Source of the DNA: Bacteroidota bacterium
GTDB lineage: Bacteria; Bacteroidota; Bacteroidia; NS11-12g; UBA955
Length of the DNA: 50,100 bases
Assembly: GCA_046047755.1 (NCBI GenBank)
Contig: JBJOHK010000073.1
Span: 1 to 50,100 of the forward strand
Reading direction: 5' to 3'
The position numbers and the translations under genes were made by a program. Below, piece after piece: positions 43,809-50,100 of the stretch; the stretch's first letter is position 1; every line of letters starts with the position of its first letter. A model generated the notes under the pieces. It ran no database searches and was not told the DNA's origin. It worked only from the letters and a program-made list of their open reading frames with translations.

Positions 43809-44807
43809 ATGTCCTTGAAAGGGACACGCGTATTGGTAACCGGTGCCGATGGTTTTATCGGAAGCCATTTGGTGGAGGCCTTGATTCAAGAAGGCGCCCG
43901 AGTGAAAGCCTTTGTCTATTACAATTCATTCAACTCTTGGGGCTGGCTTGACCACTTTCCAAAAGAGTTGAAGAGCCAGTTGGAAATTTTCTCTGGAGAT
44001 GTGCGCGATCCCAATGGAGTGTATACCGCAATGGAAGGATGTGAAATCGTATTTCACTTAGCCGCCTTGATCGCTATTCCTTACAGCTACCATTCACCCG
44101 ATTCGTATGTGGACACCAATGTAAAGGGCACCTTGAACATCGTTCAAGCGGCTAAACGATTGGGCGTTGAGCGCGTGCTGGTAACCAGCACCTCTGAAGT
44201 GTATGGAACCGCTCAATTTGTACCCATCACTGAGGAGCACCCCAAACAACCCCAATCTCCCTATTCGGCATCCAAAATTGGAGCCGACGCCATGGCCGAT
44301 AGTTTCTACCGAAGTTTCGAATTGCCAGTCACCTTGGTTCGACCCTTTAATACCTATGGGCCCCGTCAAAGTGCAAGAGCCGTGATCCCCACCATTATTT
44401 CTCAACTGCTGAATGGTTATACTGAAATCAAGCTCGGCGACACTCGCCCCACGCGTGATTTGGTTTATGTAAAGGACACGGCCCAAGGGTTCATTCGAAT
44501 TGCTCAAACCCCTTCTTTGATCGGGCACGAAGTCAACATCGCCACTGAACAGGAAATTTCAGTGGGTGATTTGGCCCAGAATCTCATTGAACAGATCAAC
44601 CCAGCCGCGCGAGTGGTTAGCGAAGACGAACGCTTAAGGCCCGCAGCCAGCGAAGTTTTTCGTCTGTTGGGCAGCCGTGCCAAATTGGAGTCTCACACCC
44701 AGTGGAGGCCTTCCACTCCCTTGCAAGATGGATTGGCCCAAACCATAGAGTGGTTCAAGGATCCCAAAAATTTAGCGGCCTACAAGGCAGACATTTACAA
44801 CATCTGA
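43809..44807 (+). CDS. NAD-dependent sugar-nucleotide 4,6-dehydratase/epimerase (extended SDR; LegB-like)
   Basis: VLVTGADGFIGSHLVE Rossmann motif, a YYNSFNSWGWLD segment reminiscent of LegB-type enzymes, and the catalytic YSASK. Confidence 0.75.
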   Translation: MSLKGTRVLVTGADGFIGSHLVEALIQEGARVKAFVYYNSFNSWGWLDHFPKELKSQLEIFSGDVRDPNGVYTAMEGCEIVFHLAALIAIPYSYHSPDSYVDTNVKGTLNIVQAAKRLGVERVLVTSTSEVYGTAQFVPITEEHPKQPQSPYSASKIGADAMADSFYRSFELPVTLVRPFNTYGPRQSARAVIPTIISQLLNGYTEIKLGDTRPTRDLVYVKDTAQGFIRIAQTPSLIGHEVNIATEQEISVGDLAQNLIEQINPAARVVSEDERLRPAASEVFRLLGSRAKLESHTQWRPSTPLQDGLAQTIEWFKDPKNLAAYKADIYNI

Positions 44808-46312
44808 CGCAATTGGGCGCCTGCTTTTCGAAGCAAACTGTTGAGGTCTTCTGAGATATTGAATTTCCAGAGCAAGGCCAATATTGGCAGCAACACGAGC
44901 AAGGATTTGGCTAGGGTTGACCCTACTATTCCCCAAACTACCCATTCAGACCAGGCACACTCTACCAAAGCTGTCCACACTAGCAAGAGCAGCACAAATA
45001 CCAAAGCCTTGCGCATCTCAGCGTGAAAGGCATGCATTCGGTATATGCGCCACACCAAAAACCCTGTTACAATGGAAATAGCCAACCACGTACTAGCCGT
45101 GGCTAAAGCGGCACCATTGAGCCCGTATATAGGAATCAACCAGCGATTCATCAGTAGGGCGACGAAGACTGCAATAGCATTGATCAGGAGTGCCCAATAA
45201 TACTTTTTGGAAAAGGCCAGCATGGCCGAAGAATTTCCTTGCATCAAGACAAACAGCTTGCCCAATCCCAGGAGCAATACCGCCATTTTGCCGGCTCGAT
45301 AGACCTCTCCATTGGGCATGAACGCGTAAAAAGCATCCAAGCCCAACCAGATGCACAGCAAGACCAAGGCACCCAATAAGAACTGATTCAAACTTGTCTT
45401 GGTATACAATCGCTGCACCTCTGCATGATTTTCTTGATGAAGCGCTTCCGACAATTTAGGATTGGCCACTTGCAAGATGGAACGAGTGGGCACTTCAATG
45501 AGCACAGCCATATTGATGGCGATGGCATAAACCCCAGAATCTGCCCATCCTTTAACCGAAGATACCATGAGCATATCCAGGCGTTGAACAAATAAATTAG
45601 CCAGGGTTGTCAAGAAGAAATACAAGGTATACTTCGAAAACTCTGTCGTTAAATCAGGTTGAGATCGAACGAAGCCAAGATCCGGACGAAAGGACAACTG
45701 GGTCAATTTAAGAATGTTTCCCAAGTTGAGAATGGCCACGAAGCCATACACAAAAGGCACCCACTGAATGGACTCAGCAAAGCCAATCCACTTCATGTAA
45801 TACAGAAAACCTAATCCCCCCAACGCGATGCGGACAACATTTTCTCGCAAAAAGGACGGAAAAATAATGTGACCCAGCGAGGCCGAAAAAGTTTCAAAAA
45901 CGGTATTGAAAACGAAGAAAAAGACAAAGGGCAGCAGCCAAAGGTAGTAGGGCTCAATTTGAGCGGCATTGGCACCAAAGAAACCCAGAAGTTCAGACTT
46001 GAAGCCCAGCAGGGCCACACCCAAAATCAAACATCCGAAAGCCGGGACAATCAATAGCCAAAAACCCGCGCCATGATGCCCCTTTTCGTCCTTAAACCGA
46101 GGAAAAAATTTCCAGATGGAATAGCCCGTACCCAACTGAGCCACAGCGGCCAGCAGGGCCCCAATTTCAATAAAAACGCGAGTTACCCCGAATTCAGCCG
46201 GAGAAAAGACCAAAGGAAAAACATAGAACGTGGTAAACAGGCCCAACAAACTGCCTGAATAATTGACCACTGAGGCCCAGAAACTTTGACGCGCAATTTG
46301 GCCTCCACTCAT
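44795..46312 (-). CDS. wzx: Oligosaccharide/polysaccharide flippase (Wzx-like, MOP superfamily)
   Basis: About 505 aa with 12-14 TM segments. ATG 46312 (MSGGQIARQSFW) is preferred over the track's GTG 46318, which lies inside the -7 box. The 3' end overlaps the legB-like gene by 13 nt. Confidence 0.7.
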   Translation of the reverse strand: MSGGQIARQSFWASVVNYSGSLLGLFTTFYVFPLVFSPAEFGVTRVFIEIGALLAAVAQLGTGYSIWKFFPRFKDEKGHHGAGFWLLIVPAFGCLILGVALLGFKSELLGFFGANAAQIEPYYLWLLPFVFFFVFNTVFETFSASLGHIIFPSFLRENVVRIALGGLGFLYYMKWIGFAESIQWVPFVYGFVAILNLGNILKLTQLSFRPDLGFVRSQPDLTTEFSKYTLYFFLTTLANLFVQRLDMLMVSSVKGWADSGVYAIAINMAVLIEVPTRSILQVANPKLSEALHQENHAEVQRLYTKTSLNQFLLGALVLLCIWLGLDAFYAFMPNGEVYRAGKMAVLLLGLGKLFVLMQGNSSAMLAFSKKYYWALLINAIAVFVALLMNRWLIPIYGLNGAALATASTWLAISIVTGFLVWRIYRMHAFHAEMRKALVFVLLLLVWTALVECAWSEWVVWGIVGSTLAKSLLVLLPILALLWKFNISEDLNSLLRKAGAQLRQML

Positions 46313-46317
46313 GTTCA

Positions 46318-46325
46318 CAAATATA
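46318..46325 (-). promoter_or_regulatory. -7 box TATATTTG abutting the wzx start
   Basis: Exact TAnnTTTG on the minus strand, 5 nt from ATG 46312. Confidence 0.5.
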
Positions 46326-46453
46326 ATTGGAGCAGGCAGACCGGCAATTCTTGGTCATTTTTCCATTTTTTCGAGCCCACCACCGCTTATTTATTGCGAA
46401 TATTAGCCTAAAAGCATTAATTCGTATTTCTAAAATACTACTAAACTCAAACT

Positions 46454-47353
46454 ATGAAAAAACTCTTGATGTTTGCCGTCGTGGCTGCCGGATTGACAGT
46501 TGCGATGCAAAGCTGCAAAAAAGACAACCCTGACAACCCCAGCGGTACCGCTTCTTTGACAGTTGAGAACAAGCAGCGTTCTGCTCTCATTTACAACACT
46601 GCCACTTGGTGCGGACCTTGCGGCGCTTACGGTAGCCCTGAGTACAAAGGTGCCATCGAGCAAGGTGGTTCTGATTTGATTTCTTTGGACTTGCACACAT
46701 CAGGTTCTTCTTATTTGGTTCCCTTGTGGATGAAGCCTGCCAATGACACTTTGTTCATTGCTCCTTTCGCTTCTCAATTGTACGCTCAAACCAAGCCTAA
46801 TGGATACATCCCTCACTTCTACTGCAGCAACTCATTCTTGGGTAACAGCACTGTGAAGACGGCTGACATCATTGGCTACAAAAACACATACAACGCTAAC
46901 CCTTGCGAAGTAGGTGTAGCCGCTTCTGCTAAGGCTAACGGTAACAGTATCGACATCAGCTACAAATTGCAGGCTTTCAGTCCTGACGCTGCTGATTACT
47001 ACACTTCTGTTTTGTTGATAGAAAAAGGTGTTGACGGATACCAAGCGGGTGCCGCTGGTAGCTTCACCAACCACAAGCACATCATTCGCGCTTCTGCCTT
47101 GGATAATGGAAGCGGAACTCCTGTAGCCTTCAGTACTGCTCCTGAAATGAGCAACCCTGCTGCTAACGCCACCGTAGACAAGAAAGTAACTTACACTTTC
47201 AGCGCCATCCCTGACGCCATTAAGTCTAAGTACCCCTCTGTTATTTACTGGAACTACAACGCGGCTAACACCGGTGTTGCTGTTTTGGTATGGAAAAAAG
47301 ACACGGACGGAAGCATGTTCTTCATCAACGCTGTTTGGGCTGACGTGAAGTAA
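46454..47353 (+). CDS. Lipoprotein with a thioredoxin-type WCGPC motif (Omp28-related?)
   Basis: Signal peptide plus lipobox (LTVAMQSCKKD). WCGPC is at 46607-46621. Codon choice is strongly biased (GCT, GGT, TCT, CCT, ACT, TTG, AAC, TAC), and a strong terminator lies downstream. Confidence 0.65.
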   Translation: MKKLLMFAVVAAGLTVAMQSCKKDNPDNPSGTASLTVENKQRSALIYNTATWCGPCGAYGSPEYKGAIEQGGSDLISLDLHTSGSSYLVPLWMKPANDTLFIAPFASQLYAQTKPNGYIPHFYCSNSFLGNSTVKTADIIGYKNTYNANPCEVGVAASAKANGNSIDISYKLQAFSPDAADYYTSVLLIEKGVDGYQAGAAGSFTNHKHIIRASALDNGSGTPVAFSTAPEMSNPAANATVDKKVTYTFSAIPDAIKSKYPSVIYWNYNAANTGVAVLVWKKDTDGSMFFINAVWADVK

Positions 47354-47371
47354 GACGCATTCGCCTTACAT

Positions 47372-47404
47372 AAAAAAGGTCCCGAGTAATCGGGACCTTT
47401 TTTT
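47372..47404. terminator. Bidirectional intrinsic terminator (lipoprotein / enoyl-CoA hydratase junction)
   Basis: A6, stem GGTCCCG/CGGGACC (47378-47384 / 47391-47397), loop AGTAAT, then T7. Confidence 0.8.
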
Positions 47405-47420
47405 ATACTCATGCAGCTGC

Positions 47421-48200
47421 TTAGCGGCCTTTAAAATCGGGTTTTCGTTTCTCCACAAAGGCTGCCATCCCTTCCTTCTGGTCTTCGCTAGCAAAGAGCA
47501 AATAGAAATTCTTGCGCTCAAAAAACAAGCCTTCTTGCAAATGAGTATCAAAGGCCTTTAAAACACTTTCTTTGGCCAGTTGAACAGCCAAGGGTGATTT
47601 GGAAGCCGCTGCTTTGGCCATGGCTATAGCTTCATCCAAGTAGACATCAACGGGCACTATTTTATTGATCAAACCAGCCACCATGGCTTCTTCAGCAGAG
47701 ATGAAACGACCGGTCAGTACCATTTCCATAGCGCGAACTTTCCCTACGGCTCTGGTCAGTCGCTGCGTACCTCCAGCACCCGGCATCACTCCAATGTTGA
47801 TTTCGGGTTGACCGAATTGGGCCGTTTCGCTGGCCACCACCATGTCGCATTGCATGACCAATTCGCATCCGCCGCCAAGGGCGAAGCCACTCACTGCGGC
47901 TATCAAAGGCTTTTTGGTTCGGCGAATGGCATCCCAAGTACTGAACTGGTCGATGTTCAACATATCAATAGCCGATTTACCCGCCATCTGCTTAATGTCA
48001 GCACCGGCGGCGAAAGCTCGCTCATTTCCACTTATTACAATGGCCCTAACATTTTCATCTTCGTCCAAAACACCCAAGGCATGCTTGATTTCCTGCATCA
48101 ATTGAAGATTCAAGGCATTGAGCTCTTTGGGTCGATTGAGCTGAATGTGGGCCACGTACTCGGCCACCTGGTCATTGACCAATATGTATTCGTAATTCAT
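47421..48200 (-). CDS. Enoyl-CoA hydratase (crotonase family)
   Basis: 259 aa with crotonase motifs: [56 protein letters not shown]. Confidence 0.88.
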   Translation of the reverse strand: MNYEYILVNDQVAEYVAHIQLNRPKELNALNLQLMQEIKHALGVLDEDENVRAIVISGNERAFAAGADIKQMAGKSAIDMLNIDQFSTWDAIRRTKKPLIAAVSGFALGGGCELVMQCDMVVASETAQFGQPEINIGVMPGAGGTQRLTRAVGKVRAMEMVLTGRFISAEEAMVAGLINKIVPVDVYLDEAIAMAKAAASKSPLAVQLAKESVLKAFDTHLQEGLFFERKNFYLLFASEDQKEGMAAFVEKRKPDFKGR

Positions 48201-48769
48201 GATTGTAAGTTATTGGGAGTCCACACAGATGGACGAATGCGAAAAACAACATAGGCGATACCCCACCCTAGCAGGGCTCCGGCTATAATATCTGAAGGAT
48301 AATGCACCCCTAAGTAAACCCGGCTGAGGGCTATCAGCGCCGCCAGGGTCAACCAAGCATATCGCTCTCTAAGGCTAAGCCCCAAAACTAGGGGCATGAG
48401 CCAATACAAAGCAGCTGCATTAGAGGCATGGCTGCTGACAAATCCATATTGTCCCCCGGGCAAACCCGCGGGTGTGCGCACGCTTAAGCTCTCTTCAAAA
48501 CAGGGTCTTAGACGCTTGAAATTGGGCTTAAACAATTTAGAACTAATCGAATCAGACAAGCCTACTGCAAGGCCGCAAAGCAAAATTGGCAACCAAAAGG
48601 ATTTCCCCCAGCGCTTATAGGCCTTGAATAAAAAGTAGAGATAGGCGGGCATCGGCAGCCATTTGGACGAAAGCGCCACCATAAGGGGATCGACCCAATT
48701 TGACCCAAGGCCATTTAACCATAGAAGCCATTGTATGTCCCAGTTCAGCAACAAATTCACCGCATTCAA
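48197..48769 (-). CDS. PAP2-family lipid phosphatase
   Basis: Acid-phosphatase motifs KRLRP, SSHAS and [12 protein letters not shown] are present, with 5-6 TM segments. The TTG start lies 2 nt after the upstream stop, and the stop overlaps the hydratase ATG (ATGA). Confidence 0.75.
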   Translation of the reverse strand: MNAVNLLLNWDIQWLLWLNGLGSNWVDPLMVALSSKWLPMPAYLYFLFKAYKRWGKSFWLPILLCGLAVGLSDSISSKLFKPNFKRLRPCFEESLSVRTPAGLPGGQYGFVSSHASNAAALYWLMPLVLGLSLRERYAWLTLAALIALSRVYLGVHYPSDIIAGALLGWGIAYVVFRIRPSVWTPNNLQS

Positions 48770-48770
48770 A

Positions 48771-49526
48771 TTAACTCAATTTTTGAGATAGAAGAATGAT
48801 GCGAGGAGAGCTGTCTACTAGGTAGGTGTCACCGGCATAATTCCCCCAAAGGGCTCGAACATCAAAACCTGCATCTTCGTGCAAAGATTGCAACTCTTGA
48901 GCCGTGTATACTTCTACCCGTTCCTGGAATTTTCCCCGCTCCAGGCCTTGCTCCAAGACTTGGATGTCTTTTACGATAACCCCATCCTCAAGAAATTTAT
49001 GGCAATGAAACTCCAAAGTTCCACGCTCAATAACTTCTTGCACCGGCAAGCTAGGCAAAACTGACGCAGCATTCAGGTAATCTTGAACAAACCAGGCACC
49101 CGGTTCCAACTGCGCCTGTATGTGCTTCAATACGAGAGCATCGGTACTGCGGTCTTGGAAATAACCAAATGAGGTAAACAGATTGAAGGCGGCCTTCCAT
49201 TTAGGGCCCGAATAAGCATCGCGCATGTCGTGAACGGAAAAAGTTGCCTTCAGGCCCAATCGCTCCGACTCTCTAGACGCAAATTCGATGCTTTCTGGGC
49301 TAAGATCATAACCCATGGCCTGCATGCCCAGTTGTTCCAACGTACGCGTATGGCGGCCTTTCCCACAGGCGATATCGACCACCAAGGCATTAGACTTCAA
49401 ATCTATAGCCTGAACCAAACGCTCAACAAAAGCTTGGGCCTCTTCTTCATTTCGATGGGCATATAAGGCGTGGTAATAGGGTGTATTGAACCATTCTTTG
49501 AACCAACTAGAATCAGGTTTGGGCAT
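48771..49526 (-). CDS. Class I SAM-dependent methyltransferase
   Basis: ATG 49526 gives MPKPDSSWFKEWFNTPYYHALY. Motif I is VVDIACGKGRH. The start is chosen because an exact -7 box lies 5 nt upstream. The track's start at 49586 would overlap the divergent sigma gene. Confidence 0.75.
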   Translation of the reverse strand: MPKPDSSWFKEWFNTPYYHALYAHRNEEEAQAFVERLVQAIDLKSNALVVDIACGKGRHTRTLEQLGMQAMGYDLSPESIEFASRESERLGLKATFSVHDMRDAYSGPKWKAAFNLFTSFGYFQDRSTDALVLKHIQAQLEPGAWFVQDYLNAASVLPSLPVQEVIERGTLEFHCHKFLEDGVIVKDIQVLEQGLERGKFQERVEVYTAQELQSLHEDAGFDVRALWGNYAGDTYLVDSSPRIILLSQKLS

Positions 49527-49531
49527 TTTTT

Positions 49532-49539
49532 CAAAGATA
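49532..49539 (-). promoter_or_regulatory. -7 box TATCTTTG abutting the start codon
   Basis: Exact TAnnTTTG on the minus strand, 5 nt from ATG 49526. Confidence 0.5.
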
Positions 49540-49580
49540 CATGTAACCTTTCGCATGCTTTTTGCGTCAAGGGATAGTTG

Positions 49581-50069
49581 ATGCAAATTTCAGAGTACAA
49601 CCGGGTCGTGGAGACCATTGGCCCTGCGCTGTACAGATTTGCATTAAAAAACCTCAATGACCCCGACCAAGCCCAAGAAATCGTGCAAGTGACCTTCGAG
49701 AAATTATGGACCCAAAGCCGTAAAGAACCCATCGAGCACGTTCGTGCTTGGTGCTTTCGAGTCGCAAGCCATGCTATGGTTGATTGGCATCGTCAACGTT
49801 CCCGATTTCAAGAATTGTCTGATTTCACTGAGCCTTTGGTCGAACCCTCCCATTCAGACAGCGGTTTAAAGAATCTAATAAACTTGGCCTTGAATCAACT
49901 AAGCATGTCCCAAAGATTGGTCGTGACTTTGAGAGATCTTGAAGGCTATAGCTATGCAGAGATTGGAGCCATCACCGGTCAAAATGAAGCTCAGGTCAAA
50001 GTCAACTTGTTTCGCGGAAGACAAAAATTGCGCGATTTGCTATCTCCTTTTAACCCCCAATCCAGATGA
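49581..50069 (+). CDS. ECF-type RNA polymerase sigma factor (sigma-70 family, group 4)
   Basis: About 162 aa. Region 2 (QEIVQVTFEKLW...WCFRVASHAMVDWHR) and region 4 HTH (YSYAEIGAITGQNEAQVKVNLFRGRQKL) are both present. ATG 49581 follows the track's TTG. Confidence 0.8.
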   Translation: MQISEYNRVVETIGPALYRFALKNLNDPDQAQEIVQVTFEKLWTQSRKEPIEHVRAWCFRVASHAMVDWHRQRSRFQELSDFTEPLVEPSHSDSGLKNLINLALNQLSMSQRLVVTLRDLEGYSYAEIGAITGQNEAQVKVNLFRGRQKLRDLLSPFNPQSR

Positions 50070-50100
50070 ACACAGAACAAAGAGACGAGCTTCTGTTTGA
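50066..50100 (+). CDS. 3'-truncated ORF coupled to the ECF sigma gene (candidate anti-sigma factor)
   Basis: ATGA overlap with the sigma-factor stop. Only 11 codons (MNTEQRDELLF) are visible, so the function is inferred from position alone. Confidence 0.3.
   Translation, partial: MNTEQRDELLF

Noticed and set aside
1-50100. Mobile elements, CRISPR arrays, tRNA/rRNA genes, and defence or toxin-antitoxin modules.
   Set aside because: I saw no transposase-, integrase- or recombinase-like ORF, no regularly spaced direct repeats, and no intergenic gap large enough for a tRNA with recognisable arms. I also saw no ORF with nuclease, helicase, methylase, reverse-transcriptase or small paired-ORF signatures typical of defence islands. 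The only sizeable repeats are the 26-nt terminator pair and the intragenic PKD modules.

Overview
This window is a Bacteroidota chromosomal segment, most likely Flavobacteriia- or Cytophagia-like. The evidence is two proteins with T9SS C-terminal sorting domains, a short 287-aa RpoD, no Shine-Dalgarno usage, and many TAnnTTTG '-7' promoter boxes. I call about 44 protein genes. Most are housekeeping: parC; a sigma-54 activator/lptE-like/secG operon; hutU; tex; icmF-gluQ; chrA; parE; ahcY; dedA-aroE; feoAB; rpoD; mnmA; and adk. There are also surface-related genes: a 1500-aa PKD-repeat T9SS adhesin, a small T9SS cargo protein, a VWA membrane protein and an Omp28-like lipoprotein. One accessory glycan locus (38.8-46.3 kb) encodes a legionaminic-acid-like nonulosonic-acid pathway, a DUF115-like putative transferase and a Wzx flippase. 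I found no rRNA, tRNA, CRISPR array, transposase, integrase, or recognisable defence or toxin-antitoxin module, so I cannot honestly point to a clearly novel multi-gene system. The observations most worth follow-up are these. (1) The consensus -7 promoter box sits 4-7 nt from the start codon of at least 11 genes, which implies pervasive leaderless mRNAs. (2) An unlisted 42-aa Cys-rich lipoprotein ORF has exactly that promoter signature. (3) The nonulosonic-acid locus lacks its synthase and N-acetyltransferase genes. (4) An identical 26-nt terminator copy brackets a single SDR gene on each side. (5) The adhesin gene has a start-codon palindrome and G7/C8 tracts. All calls rest on motif recognition by eye; no homology search was possible.
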